64,000 nt of DNA from Candidatus Mediterraneibacter merdavium (GCA_019118545.1 DWYT01000120.1:1568-65567); one strand, 5' to 3'; counted from the stretch's first letter, positions 37,539 to 47,794 are shown. The notes: a model not told the origin generated them from the letters alone. Numbers and translations are program-made.

Positions 37539-38531
37539 ATGACACCTGTAAACGACAATTTTATCATGCTTCCCACTGTGGACTTCTGTTTCAAAGAACT
37601 GATGCAGAATGACAAGGTAAGAAAAGGCTTTATCGCTGCTCTTCTTAATGAATCTCCCGAGGATATCAGAGAAACCTCTCTTCTTCCAACCTCGCTGAAA
37701 CAGGAATACGAGGACGACAAGCTGGGGATACTCGATGTAGCAGTAGTATTAAGAGACGGCACACAGCTCGATCTGGAAATGCAGGTCTTAAGCTTTGCTT
37801 TTTGGACAAACCGTATTCTTTTCTATCTGAGCAGGATGTTCGCCGGACAACTGAAGAAAGGCGAGCCTTATGAAAAACTGAAAAAATGTATCCACGTAAG
37901 CATCCTTGATTTCATACATTTTCCGGATGATAAAAGGTGCTATCACAAGATTGCCTTTTGTGATACAAGAACAGGAACCGCTTATACAGATCTGATGGAG
38001 CTTCATATTCTGGAGCTTAAAAAACTGCCGGAAAAAGCTCTGAACGAGGAGGGTATCATCCGCTGGATGCGTTTTTTCAATGGGAAGAATAAGGAGGAGT
38101 TTAAAGAAATGGCAAAAACAGATCCTTATATAGAAGAAGCATACTCTGAACTCGAGAAGTTAAGCGCGGATGAACGCAAGCGTCTCGAATATGAAGCTCG
38201 TGAGAAAGCAGTCCGTGATTATAACAGCCTGATGGGTACCCAACTCAGGCTCGGATTTGAAAAAGGAATGGAACAGGGGAAACTGGAAGGTATCCGGCAG
38301 GGACTTCAAGAGGGACTCCAAGAGGGACTTCAACAGGGACTCCAACAAGGACTCCAACAAGGACTCCAACAAGGACTCCAGCAAGGCATGGATAACAAAC
38401 TGCTTGATCAAATACACAAGAAACTCGCAAAGGGAAAATCATACGCGCAGATTGCCGACGAACTGGAAGAAGACGTATCCACGATCGAACAGTTCTGTAC
38501 CTCTATCCGACAGACTTCTGAAAACAACTGA
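37539..38531 (+). CDS. Rpn family recombination-promoting nuclease / PD-(D/E)XK putative transposase
   Basis: DFCFKELM, KLGILDV, DLEMQ, RILFY, LHILELKK; C-terminal (G-L-Q-Q/E)n repeat; promoter-like TTTACA-16-TAAAAT upstream. Confidence 0.9.
   Translation: MTPVNDNFIMLPTVDFCFKELMQNDKVRKGFIAALLNESPEDIRETSLLPTSLKQEYEDDKLGILDVAVVLRDGTQLDLEMQVLSFAFWTNRILFYLSRMFAGQLKKGEPYEKLKKCIHVSILDFIHFPDDKRCYHKIAFCDTRTGTAYTDLMELHILELKKLPEKALNEEGIIRWMRFFNGKNKEEFKEMAKTDPYIEEAYSELEKLSADERKRLEYEAREKAVRDYNSLMGTQLRLGFEKGMEQGKLEGIRQGLQEGLQEGLQQGLQQGLQQGLQQGLQQGMDNKLLDQIHKKLAKGKSYAQIADELEEDVSTIEQFCTSIRQTSENN
38298..38387 (+). repeat. 12-bp in-frame tandem repeat (about 7.5 copies) in the Rpn C-terminus
   Basis: Units such as CAAGGACTCCAA encoding QGLQ/EGLQ. 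Confidence 0.9.
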
Positions 38532-38567
38532 TAAACATAAAACATCAAGAACATATTGAATATCAGC

Positions 38568-38602
38568 GAGGGTTCCGTACAACAAATAAGTACAGAACCC
38601 TC
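38568..38602. terminator. Hairpin between convergent rpn and TRIC genes
   Basis: GAGGGTTC-CGTAC...GTAC-A-GAACCCTC. Confidence 0.5.
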
Positions 38603-38612
38603 ATTACAGTTT

Positions 38613-39251
38613 TTACTGAACCCTCATTAAATTCCAGTGGAAATGCGCCGCCAAAAACCTCAGCAGCACCGTCACGGCAAGCCCCAGCAGAATGCCCGCC
38701 GCGCTGCCCAGCATATTCCTGCTGACCACGCAGACAACTCCGCCCGCGATCGCGGCGCAGGCATAAATATGTTTTACAAGAATATACGGAGTCTCTCCTG
38801 CCATGATATCGCGGAGCACACCCCCGCCCACACCGGTGAGCACACCGATGAACACGAAGAAAAAGGCATTGTTCTCCTGCATCATGCGGGAGGCAGTCTG
38901 TATGCCGACCACCGTAAATATCCCGAGTCCCGCGGTATCGCACCAGAACATGAGCCTGTCATAATATTCGCTCTTTGTGATGGAGCGCATGGCATCCATT
39001 TTCACGTAGGCGATGGCAAACAGGATCGTAGAGGTCACCACCGCGATCAGGATATATACCGGCTTTGAAAATGCCGTGGGCGGCGCGAGTCCGAGGATCA
39101 CATCACGCATGATCCCGCCGCCGACCGCAGTCGTCGCGCCGAGCACATTCACCCCGAAGATATCCATCTTTTTCTCGATGGCGATCATGGCACCCGACGA
39201 CGCAAAGGCGATGGTTCCGATGATCTCAAGAATAAAAATAAATGTATCCAT
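38613..39251 (-). CDS. Trimeric intracellular cation channel family (UPF0126) membrane protein
   Basis: GTIAFASSGA, TAVGGGIMRD and TGVGGGVLRD repeats. Confidence 0.88.
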   Translation of the reverse strand: MDTFIFILEIIGTIAFASSGAMIAIEKKMDIFGVNVLGATTAVGGGIMRDVILGLAPPTAFSKPVYILIAVVTSTILFAIAYVKMDAMRSITKSEYYDRLMFWCDTAGLGIFTVVGIQTASRMMQENNAFFFVFIGVLTGVGGGVLRDIMAGETPYILVKHIYACAAIAGGVVCVVSRNMLGSAAGILLGLAVTVLLRFLAAHFHWNLMRVQ

Positions 39252-39263
39252 ATCTATTCCCGC

Positions 39264-40535
39264 TTACGCCTCGTCGATCGCCTTTCCGATATCATGTCTC
39301 ATGTATTTATTATCAAACTGTACCCACTCTGTCGCCGCGTAAGCGTTCCTGCGGGCTTCTTTTAAGTCTTTGCCCTTTGCTGTCACACCGAGCACACGTC
39401 CGCCGTTCGTGACAATTTGATCTCCACTGAATTTTGTTCCCGCATGGAAACAGTAATATCCCTCGTGCTTCTTGAACTCGTCAAATCCCGTGATCGGGAA
39501 GCCTTTGTCATACTTCACCGGATAGCCATCGGACGCCAGCACAACGCAGACCGCCGCGTTATCTTCAAACTGAAGATCGATCTGATCTAGCGTTCCGTCG
39601 ATACACGCCTCGACCACGTCGATGATGTCGTTCTTCATCCGCGGGAGCACGACCTGCGCCTCCGGGTCACCGAAGCGGGCATTGTACTCCAACACCTTCG
39701 GTCCGTCCGCCGTGAGCATCAGTCCGAAGAAGATCACGCCTTTAAACGGACGCCCTTCCGCCGCCATGGCATCCACAGTCGGCTGATAAATATATTTTTC
39801 GCAGAATTCTTCTACTTCCTTTGTATAAAACGGACTCGGGGAGAATGTTCCCATGCCGCCTGTGTTCAGTCCAGTATCTCCATCTCCCGCGCGCTTGTGA
39901 TCCTGAGCGCTCGTCATTGTCTTGATAGTCTTCCCGTCCACGAAGGAAAGAACCGATACCTCGCGTCCGGTCATGAACTCTTCAATGACCATCTCATTCC
40001 CTGCTGTCCCGAACTTCTTATCAAGCATGATCTCTTTTACGCCTGCCTTTGCTTCCTCCAAGTCTTTACAGATGAGGACGCCTTTTCCGAGAGCAAGTCC
40101 GTCTGCTTTTAAGACGATAGGAAACGTCGCCGTCTCAAGATATTCAAGCGCCTTCTCCGGATCCGTGAAGTTCTCATATCCGGCTGTAGGAATGTTGTAT
40201 TTCTTCATCAGGTCTTTGGAAAATGCCTTTGATCCCTCTAAGATCGCCGCGTTTTTCTTCGGCCCGAAGGTACGGATCCCCGCCTCCTCAAGTATGTCTA
40301 CAAGACCGCCCACCAGCGGGTCGTCCATCCCCACGATGCACAGGTCGATCTCTTTTTCCTTCGCAAATGCAGCCAGCTTCTCAAACTCCATGGCTCCGAT
40401 GTCTACACACTTTGCATACTCCGCGATCCCCGCGTTTCCGGGCGCGCAGTAGATCTTATCCGCCCTCGGACTTTTTGCAACGCTTGCCGCGATAGCATGC
40501 TCTCTTCCGCCGCTTCCCACGATCAATACTTTCAT
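39264..40535 (-). CDS. purD: Phosphoribosylamine-glycine ligase
   Basis: GSGGREHA, KADGLALGKGV, NTGGMG, EYNARFGDPE. Confidence 0.96.
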   Translation of the reverse strand: MKVLIVGSGGREHAIAASVAKSPRADKIYCAPGNAGIAEYAKCVDIGAMEFEKLAAFAKEKEIDLCIVGMDDPLVGGLVDILEEAGIRTFGPKKNAAILEGSKAFSKDLMKKYNIPTAGYENFTDPEKALEYLETATFPIVLKADGLALGKGVLICKDLEEAKAGVKEIMLDKKFGTAGNEMVIEEFMTGREVSVLSFVDGKTIKTMTSAQDHKRAGDGDTGLNTGGMGTFSPSPFYTKEVEEFCEKYIYQPTVDAMAAEGRPFKGVIFFGLMLTADGPKVLEYNARFGDPEAQVVLPRMKNDIIDVVEACIDGTLDQIDLQFEDNAAVCVVLASDGYPVKYDKGFPITGFDEFKKHEGYYCFHAGTKFSGDQIVTNGGRVLGVTAKGKDLKEARRNAYAATEWVQFDNKYMRHDIGKAIDEA

Positions 40536-40673
40536 TCTCCACTTACCTCCTAAACCTGTAATTAAAATCTGTGTTCATATATATGACCAACCTTTGTATC
40601 CATCCAGCAAGAGCGATCCATCTGCATTGTGCAGACGCACCGCTCTTATATGCTTTCCATCCGATACCCGGTC

Positions 40674-41300
40674 TTAGGGCAAAATCACTGTCCGGTTTCT
40701 CTCCACTTTCACCTTCCCATTGGCAATCAGGTCAATGGCGCGGGGAAGTATCTTCCACTCTGCCTGCTCCATCACTCTTCTCTGGAGAATCTCCGGCGTA
40801 TCTCCCGATTCCACCTCCACAGCCTTCTGCAGGATGATGGGGCCTGTATCTGTCCCTTCATCCACAAAATGCACCGTCGCTCCCACGACCTTGACGCCCC
40901 GCTCAAGGGCTGCCTCATGGACTTTCAGACCGTAATACCCTGTCCCGCAAAATGACGGGATCAATGACGGATGGATATTGATCATCCGGTTGCGGTATTC
41001 GGCGATCATCTCCGGCGGGATGACTACAAGAAATCCTGCCAGTACGACCAGATCCGGCTCAAATGCTTTTACTTCTTCTAAAAGTTTCTTATTGAACGCG
41101 TCTCTTGAGTCAAAATCCTTCGGGGAGATACATTTTTCTGGTATGCCGTTTTCCTCCGCGCGCTTCAGGGCATACGCGTTTTTATTGTTGCTGATCACTC
41201 CCACGATCTTGGTATTTGTGATCGCGCCGTTCTTCACACTGTCGATAATAGCCTGCAGGTTTGTCCCCCCGCCGGATACCATCACCACGACTCTCAGCAT
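40674..41300 (-). CDS. purN: Phosphoribosylglycinamide formyltransferase
   Basis: SGGGTNLQA, NIHPSL, HFVDEGTDTGPI. Confidence 0.96.
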   Translation of the reverse strand: MLRVVVMVSGGGTNLQAIIDSVKNGAITNTKIVGVISNNKNAYALKRAEENGIPEKCISPKDFDSRDAFNKKLLEEVKAFEPDLVVLAGFLVVIPPEMIAEYRNRMINIHPSLIPSFCGTGYYGLKVHEAALERGVKVVGATVHFVDEGTDTGPIILQKAVEVESGDTPEILQRRVMEQAEWKILPRAIDLIANGKVKVERNRTVILP

Positions 41301-42319
41301 AAGTCTACTCCTTTTTCTCCAGCCTCAATGTGACCGACCACATACGGAGCCTCACCCGCCGCGCGGATGGCTTCCAGCGTTTTCTCCACATCGGCCTCAT
41401 CCACTGCAAGGACCATGCCCAGTCCCATGTTAAATGTATTGTACATCATGTGCTCTTCCACATCGCCGTCCACGGAAAGCATATGGAACACCGGAGGGAT
41501 CGGATAGCTGTCCTTTTTGATAACCGCTCTTGTCCCTTCCTTTAACATACGCGGAACATTTTCATAAAAGCCGCCGCCTGTGATATGGCTGCAGGCTTTC
41601 ACCGTCACTCCCGCGTCCTTAATGCTCTTTAACGCTTTCACATAAATCCTCGTCGGTGCAAGGAGCGCTTCTCCGAGAGTGCATCCTAGACTGTCATAAT
41701 ATGTATCCAGCGCTTCTCTCTTCATATTGAATACTTTTCTCACGAGAGAAAAACCGTTGCTGTGGACACCGGAAGAAGCCATACCGATGAGCACGTCTCC
41801 TGCCTTTAAGTCCTCTCCTGTGATCATATCCTTTTTATCGCAGACGCCTACCGCGAATCCGGCAAGGTCATACTCATCCTCAGCCATCAGTCCCGGATGC
41901 TCTGCCGTCTCCCCGCCAATCAGCGCGGCGCCTGACTGGAGACACCCTTCCGCCACGCCTTTGACGATGTCGGCGATCTTCTCCGGCTCGTTTTTGCCGC
42001 ATGCGATATAGTCCAGAAAGAACAGCGGCTCCCCGCCCGCGCAGGCGATATCATTCACGCACATTGCCACCGCGTCGATGCCGATGGTGTCATGCTTATC
42101 CAGTATCATTGCAAGCTTGACCTTTGTCCCGCATCCGTCCGTGCCGGACAAGAGCACCGGTTCCTCCATCTCCTTGATCTTCGCCAGAGAAAATGCTCCT
42201 GAGAATCCGCCAAGTCCGCCGAGGACTTCCTCGCGCATGGTTTTCTTCACGTGCTCTTTCATAAGTTCTACCGATCTGTATCCAGCCTCAATATCTACGC
42301 CTGCTTTCTTATAATCCAT
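41294..42319 (-). CDS. purM: AIR synthase
   Basis: YKKAGVDI, DGCGTK, GGETAEHP, SSGVHSNG, HITGGG. Confidence 0.96.
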   Translation of the reverse strand: MDYKKAGVDIEAGYRSVELMKEHVKKTMREEVLGGLGGFSGAFSLAKIKEMEEPVLLSGTDGCGTKVKLAMILDKHDTIGIDAVAMCVNDIACAGGEPLFFLDYIACGKNEPEKIADIVKGVAEGCLQSGAALIGGETAEHPGLMAEDEYDLAGFAVGVCDKKDMITGEDLKAGDVLIGMASSGVHSNGFSLVRKVFNMKREALDTYYDSLGCTLGEALLAPTRIYVKALKSIKDAGVTVKACSHITGGGFYENVPRMLKEGTRAVIKKDSYPIPPVFHMLSVDGDVEEHMMYNTFNMGLGMVLAVDEADVEKTLEAIRAAGEAPYVVGHIEAGEKGVDLC

Positions 42320-42351
42320 ACCAATCTCCTTATCTCCCAACTCGGATATGC

Positions 42352-42858
42352 TTAACCCAGATATGCCTCGTAGCCGACTTCCGCCAGCTTGTCCGCCTTC
42401 GCCTGTACTGTATCTTTCATCTCCTGAGAATATGTTTTCAGTTTCTTTAACACTTCTTCATCGGATGTGGCAAGGATCTTCGCCGCAAGGATCGCCGCGT
42501 TCATCCCTCCGTCAATGGCAACGGTAGCGACCGGGATTCCCGGCGGCATCTGCACGATGGAATAGAGTGCGTCCATGCCGTCTAAGTTCTTTCCTGACAT
42601 GGGCACTCCGATGACCGGCATCGGGAAGAGCGCCGCGCACATTCCCGGAAGATGAGCCGCCATGCCTGCTCCCGCGATGATGACCTTTACGCCTTTTCCT
42701 TCCGCTGCTTTTGCCCAGTCAAAAAATGTATCCGGCATGCGGTGTGCGGAGATAATGGTCATCTCATAGTCGATCCCTAATTTTTCCAGCATAGACGCTG
42801 CCTTGCTCATGACCTTTAAGTCAGAGTCGCTGCCCATAACGATTGCTACTTTTGGCAT
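42352..42858 (-). CDS. purE: N5-CAIR mutase
   Basis: MGSDSD, SAHR, AAHLPG, SIVQMPPGIPVATV. Confidence 0.96.
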   Translation of the reverse strand: MPKVAIVMGSDSDLKVMSKAASMLEKLGIDYEMTIISAHRMPDTFFDWAKAAEGKGVKVIIAGAGMAAHLPGMCAALFPMPVIGVPMSGKNLDGMDALYSIVQMPPGIPVATVAIDGGMNAAILAAKILATSDEEVLKKLKTYSQEMKDTVQAKADKLAEVGYEAYLG

Positions 42859-42923
42859 ATCAATTCCTCCTTGAGATAGATTGTGTCGTGTTACACGCCT
42901 GCTTCATCAAGAAGTCAGACTTA

Positions 42924-45017
42924 TCATCCTTCCTCCAACGGAACATTCAGCACTTCTGTTCCCGGAAGCACGAATCTCCCATCCTTTAATAGTATAATGT
43001 GTTTCCCATCTTTTGTCACTACACTTATTTCTTCTAACTCTTCATAAGGTATGGTTATATCTGTATGGCAGTGGAAGTATGCTTTGGACACATCTTCTTT
43101 CCTGCCACGGGAAATGGAATTATCCTTTGCCACGATCTCCTTTCCGTTCGGATTATATACCCGGATATCCTCGCTCCATGAATAGCACGTATCGCCCACC
43201 GCAAAATGCGGCCCCGTCTTCTCCGCAATGAGGATGGGCAGCTTGTCCTCAATATGGTATTTCCTGCCTGCCATATACGCAGTCGTATTCGTACCGATGG
43301 CGAACTCACCCAGCGGAAGCGTCTCGTGGTTTTTCAGCACATTGTCGTAAATATATCTGCGCCCCTCCGTTTCATCGGCGAAGTTCCCGCAGCGATAGTC
43401 CGTAATTCTGCCGTCTTTGAAAGCAATCTCAAGGTCTTCATATTGGAGTCCTTCCAGATACACGCGGCTTACATGGAGCACACCGTCCGTTCCCTCCAGC
43501 AGAGGAGATGTGAACACCTCACCCACCGGGATATTGACGTCCGCCACACAGTTCTCAAACTTTGTCTCCTTCCGGGGATCTGACAGAGGAAAAAGCTGAA
43601 CACGGATGTCTGTCCGATTGCCGTTCTTGCCCTTCACATGGACATATTCGCCCTGATCCAGCGCGTCGATCATCGTCTGCTGCACCTTTTCATAGAGCTT
43701 CGCATCCAGCGTATTGATCTTGATCACCTCGTCAAATATCTCAGAGTACTGCTCCCCGATCTCCGGCACAGGATAAGCTACGATCGTAAAACTGCGCTCC
43801 TCCCCTTTGATAAACTCATTCGTAAGCTGTCCGAAACGGCTGTCATACTGGAGCGCCAGTTCTCTCTGTTCTTTGCTGTACGAGGGCGCTTCGGATACCG
43901 GTTTCGGTGAAAACGGCTTCTCCCCGAAAGTCTCCATCACTGCCGGTCCCGCGAACTGAGCGGCCAGTTCCCTGTGCTGTTCGTAGACGGTGCGCATCAC
44001 TTCCAGCCTGCGCTCAATGTAACGTTTATCCATAAAGAGTGCCTGATCCTGCCGGTGGTCATACTCATACTGCCAGTTGGCGACTCCACCCATATAACCG
44101 ATCTTGTGATGCTCCCGCTTTGTGACCACGGAAGATGCCGCCCTGTATATGACAGGCCTTAATCCCATCTTGCGGAAGTTTTCAACAGCGATGCGGATGA
44201 CCTTTTCAAATCCAAGTGTATAGCGGATATTGACCACGGATTTCTTTGATAAGTCTTTCCCCGTATTGATAAATCCGATGCGGTAACCCTCGGTGTATAC
44301 ATCCGCCATTTTCCTTAAGGTTTCCTCCGGCAGGGAACGCAGATGTCTCGCCGTCCCCAGCTCATTCTCCGTAATATATTCTCCGAAACGGTACAGATAG
44401 CGGTCATTATCCAGATCCGCACCCTCGATGATATCCGCCGCAAAGGACGTCATCTCCGGGTCGATCTGCTCCATGATACGATCCGCAAGGAAAACATCAC
44501 AGTAATCGCTGGCGTACCAATAGAGAGCGTCGCGGATCGCCTTTGCCTGCGGCTCCTCCCTGTCCTCGTAAGTCTGCTCAAAGCAATTATACACCTCGAT
44601 GAAAAGTTCAAAAAGAATCGTCAGATAATCCTTCCTGTTCTCAAAAGCATAGGGTATTCCCGCGCGCATCTCCGCATAGAGAAGACTCAAAAGCCGTCCC
44701 ATCTCTAGACCGAAATTCTCCGCCGCAAACGCGGGGTTCGCATAACTTTTTTCGTATCTGCCGCCTGCGATATCGCTGTATAAGATCTCATTTAAGCTGT
44801 GCATCTCCTCTGTACTGTATCTGTCCCACTCACCGCTTGCGATCTTGCGCCTGACATTTTCCAGTTCAAGAAGAAAGAGCGACACATCCTGAAAATAAAT
44901 CCTGTACCGCTCTGATACCGTCTCCTCTGAGACAATGCCGCGCAGCCGTCCTACCGCAAGCTCGTGGCGCTGTGTATACTGTTCATTTCTTTCTCTTTGC
45001 ATCTGTTTTATCTCCAT
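42924..45017 (-). CDS. Aminopeptidase (M29-like C-terminal domain)
   Basis: NIPVGEVFTSP, GEFAIGTN, EKTGPHFAVG, HTD. Confidence 0.8.
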   Translation of the reverse strand: MEIKQMQRERNEQYTQRHELAVGRLRGIVSEETVSERYRIYFQDVSLFLLELENVRRKIASGEWDRYSTEEMHSLNEILYSDIAGGRYEKSYANPAFAAENFGLEMGRLLSLLYAEMRAGIPYAFENRKDYLTILFELFIEVYNCFEQTYEDREEPQAKAIRDALYWYASDYCDVFLADRIMEQIDPEMTSFAADIIEGADLDNDRYLYRFGEYITENELGTARHLRSLPEETLRKMADVYTEGYRIGFINTGKDLSKKSVVNIRYTLGFEKVIRIAVENFRKMGLRPVIYRAASSVVTKREHHKIGYMGGVANWQYEYDHRQDQALFMDKRYIERRLEVMRTVYEQHRELAAQFAGPAVMETFGEKPFSPKPVSEAPSYSKEQRELALQYDSRFGQLTNEFIKGEERSFTIVAYPVPEIGEQYSEIFDEVIKINTLDAKLYEKVQQTMIDALDQGEYVHVKGKNGNRTDIRVQLFPLSDPRKETKFENCVADVNIPVGEVFTSPLLEGTDGVLHVSRVYLEGLQYEDLEIAFKDGRITDYRCGNFADETEGRRYIYDNVLKNHETLPLGEFAIGTNTTAYMAGRKYHIEDKLPILIAEKTGPHFAVGDTCYSWSEDIRVYNPNGKEIVAKDNSISRGRKEDVSKAYFHCHTDITIPYEELEEISVVTKDGKHIILLKDGRFVLPGTEVLNVPLEEG

Positions 45018-45388
45018 CAGTTCAAGCCTCCTATAAATATCGCCAGAAACAGGATCAGCGCCGCGGCATTGACCGGAAGTCCGATCTTACAGGTAAGGTA
45101 ATTGCGGTCCCTCTCGTAAAATCCCTGTATCGCCCAGCGTATCCCATAGATCGAGAGAATGAGCGAAATGATGACAATACCTCCCACAATGCCAAAAGCT
45201 TCCCCTCTTGCCATGAACGCATAAAAAACACATCCCAGAAGGATCAAAAGTGCCCCTGCTCCATTGATACAGGAGCGCAGTCCCTTACGGGAATGCTTTA
45301 GGTTACCCTGTCCGTATTTTCTTGTACCTCGCAGTTTCCTCTCTTTATCTCTCCGGCGCTGTTCAGCGCTTTTTCCGATTCCGAGCAT
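45017..45388 (-). CDS. Small membrane protein (DUF6142-like)
   Basis: Basic N-terminus, KHSRKG, three TM helices. Confidence 0.6.
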   Translation of the reverse strand: MLGIGKSAEQRRRDKERKLRGTRKYGQGNLKHSRKGLRSCINGAGALLILLGCVFYAFMARGEAFGIVGGIVIISLILSIYGIRWAIQGFYERDRNYLTCKIGLPVNAAALILFLAIFIGGLN

Positions 45389-45839
45389 AATGATTTCTCC
45401 TTATCGCATTGCAGATTAAAAAAATGATATATCCCGCCACACCGCCGATGGTATTCAAAAGAATATCATCCACATCAAAGCTTCCCACTCTTGTAAAGAG
45501 CTGGACGATCTCCACGCACAGGCTCAGACCCATGCTGAAAAAAAGTGTTTTGAAAAATCCCCTCGACCTGCTGGCCATGGAGATGAAAAATCCATATGGT
45601 ACAAAGATCAGTATATTCCCTGCCAGATTGGCAAAGACGGCGAACGCGCCCAACTGCTCTCTGTAAACAATAAATCGTTTGATCTCTCGGAAAAGTTCCA
45701 GATTATACCTGTATTCCTCCGCCACTCCCGTTCTCCCGTACCATTCTGCAAGGAACAGAAAATAGATCAAAAATGCTACATACAACAAAAACAGGACCTT
45801 ACCAAATGCCCTGAGTACTCTTGTTCTTCTTACACTCAA
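45363..45839 (-). CDS. VanZ family membrane protein
   Basis: NLAGNILIFVPYG and GSFDVDDILLNTIG. Confidence 0.88.
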   Translation of the reverse strand: MSVRRTRVLRAFGKVLFLLYVAFLIYFLFLAEWYGRTGVAEEYRYNLELFREIKRFIVYREQLGAFAVFANLAGNILIFVPYGFFISMASRSRGFFKTLFFSMGLSLCVEIVQLFTRVGSFDVDDILLNTIGGVAGYIIFLICNAIRRNHYARNRKKR

Positions 45840-45977
45840 AATATTACCTCATTTACAGCTCATCAGACGGATCCCTCAAAGAATCCGGCTTTTTGTCTGC
45901 TGCCGGAAATTAGCCGACAGGGGACAGACCTTCCCGGATCTGCCCCCTCACAACAGACTGACAGATATCTTCTGCCG

Positions 45978-46127
45978 TCAAAATGTAATCTCTCTTTTGT
46001 GTTTCAACAGGTTCGCGCCGCTTAAAATGGACAGCACTCCCGCCGTCACTCCCACGACGATGAGGATGATCCCGATGGCAATACTGCCCGCGCCGCTGTT
46101 CTTCATTGCAAGATATGCCCTTTCCAT
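45978..46127 (-). CDS. 49-aa small membrane protein (absent from the ORF track)
   Basis: MERAYLAMKNSGAGSIAIGIILIVVGVTAGVLSILSGANLLKHKREITF; GGAGG RBS at 46136-46140 right after the pyrE stop. Confidence 0.75.
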   Translation of the reverse strand: MERAYLAMKNSGAGSIAIGIILIVVGVTAGVLSILSGANLLKHKREITF

Positions 46128-46140
46128 AAAACGCGCCTCC

Positions 46141-46821
46141 TTATTTCACTCCATATGTTTCATAGTATGTATCAATCGCTGTCTTTAATGTATCGTCGAT
46201 GATAACTTTTCCTTTGTATCCTTTATTATACAGACATTCAACGACCTCGTCCATAGTCACGATCGCCGCCGTCTCAAAACCATACAGATCCTTCACCTCG
46301 TCAAGCGCGCATTTCTCGCCGCCTTTCCCCACTTCCATGCGGTTTAAGGAAACCATCAACCCGACGATCGTAACATCCGCCGCGCCTTTTACCTTCGGAA
46401 CAGTCTCTTCCATGGACTTCCCGGATGTCGTTACATCCTCGATCATGATGACACGGTCGCCGTCCTTTAACTTGCTGCCGAGGAAGCTTCCCTTGTCTGC
46501 GCCGTGATCCTTCTCCTCCTTGCGGTCGGAGCAGTAGCGCACTTCCTTTCCATACAGTTCGCTGTAAGCGATAGCTGTGACAACCCCCAACGGGATTCCC
46601 TTGTAGGCAGGTCCGAACAGTACGTCAAAATCATCCCCGTATGTGCTGTGGATCGCCTTTGCGTAATACTCCCCCAGCTTCTTAAGCTGCGAGCCAGTCA
46701 CATAGCCGCCCGCATTCATGAAAAACGGGGACTTGCGCCCGCTCTTTAAAGTGAACTCTCCGAATTTCAGCACGTCACTGTCTACCATAAACTCGATAAA
46801 TTCCTTCTTATACTGTTCCAT
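46141..46821 (-). CDS. pyrE: Orotate phosphoribosyltransferase
   Basis: FTLKSGRKSP, GPAYKGIP, RKEEKDHG, IEDVTTSG. Confidence 0.95.
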   Translation of the reverse strand: MEQYKKEFIEFMVDSDVLKFGEFTLKSGRKSPFFMNAGGYVTGSQLKKLGEYYAKAIHSTYGDDFDVLFGPAYKGIPLGVVTAIAYSELYGKEVRYCSDRKEEKDHGADKGSFLGSKLKDGDRVIMIEDVTTSGKSMEETVPKVKGAADVTIVGLMVSLNRMEVGKGGEKCALDEVKDLYGFETAAIVTMDEVVECLYNKGYKGKVIIDDTLKTAIDTYYETYGVK

Positions 46822-46891
46822 ATATACAAAACCTCCTGCAAAATAATATCTCCGCGATCCCGCGCGTCTCATTCTATGAGCCTGCTTCTTC

Positions 46892-47794
46892 TCATCTGAC
46901 GATCCCGACCATATCCGCGACCGTCTCAAATCCCTGCTCTTTCATATATTTCCCGATCCCGTCCACGACCTTCATGGTCACTGCCGGATCATAGAAGTTC
47001 GCCGTACCTACCGATACCGCGCTGGCTCCCACGAGGAGCATCTCGATGGCATCTTCCGCGCTGGCGATGCCGCCCATGCCGATGATGGGAACACTCACCG
47101 CGTTCGCTGCCTCATATACCATGCGAACCGCGATTGCGTGGATGCCCGGTCCTGACACGCCGCCCGTCTTATTCGCCAGAACGAACGCCTTCCTGTTGAT
47201 ATCGACCTTCATCCCCGTGAGCGTATTGATAAGCGAAATAGCGTCCGCTCCTCCTGCTTCCACTGCCTTTGCCATCTCCGCGATGCTTGTGACATTGGGA
47301 CTTAACTTCATGATGACCGGCTGCTTTGCGTATTTCTTTACAGCCTTTGTGATCTCTTCGGCAGCTTTGGGATTCTGCCCGAAAGCGATGCCGCCCTCTT
47401 TTACATTGGGGCAGGAGATATTGATCTCCAGCATATCCACATCCTCACCCGCAAGGCGTTCAACTACCTCACAGTAGTCCTCCGCAGATTTCCCGCATAC
47501 ATTGACAATGATCTTCGTGTCAAACCTGCGCAGGAAAGGGATATCCCTCTCACAGAACACATCAATGCCCGGATTCTGCAAACCGACCGCGTTCATCATC
47601 CCGCCGTAAGTCTCCGCCACTCTGGGTGTAGGGTTTCCCGCCCATGGGATATTTGCCACTCCTTTTGTAGTCACCGCGCCCAAGCGGTTCAGATCCACGA
47701 AATCCGCGAACTCCGCTCCCGAACCGAATGTACCGGAAGCGACAGTCACCGGATTGTTCCACTCTACGCCCGCGATATCTACCTTCATATTCAT
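46892..47794 (-). CDS. pyrD: Dihydroorotate dehydrogenase B, catalytic subunit
   Basis: ASGTFG, NAVGLQNPG, NISCPNV, KLSPNV. Confidence 0.95.
   Translation of the reverse strand: MNMKVDIAGVEWNNPVTVASGTFGSGAEFADFVDLNRLGAVTTKGVANIPWAGNPTPRVAETYGGMMNAVGLQNPGIDVFCERDIPFLRRFDTKIIVNVCGKSAEDYCEVVERLAGEDVDMLEINISCPNVKEGGIAFGQNPKAAEEITKAVKKYAKQPVIMKLSPNVTSIAEMAKAVEAGGADAISLINTLTGMKVDINRKAFVLANKTGGVSGPGIHAIAVRMVYEAANAVSVPIIGMGGIASAEDAIEMLLVGASAVSVGTANFYDPAVTMKVVDGIGKYMKEQGFETVADMVGIVR

Noticed and set aside
37539-38531. Rpn as an IS element
   Set aside because: No terminal inverted repeats or target duplication seen around the ORF
45363-45839. Glycopeptide resistance locus
   Set aside because: Lone VanZ-family gene with no vanHAX or vanRS
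45845-45960. Riboswitch upstream of vanZ
   Set aside because: Several short hairpins but no aptamer consensus I recognise
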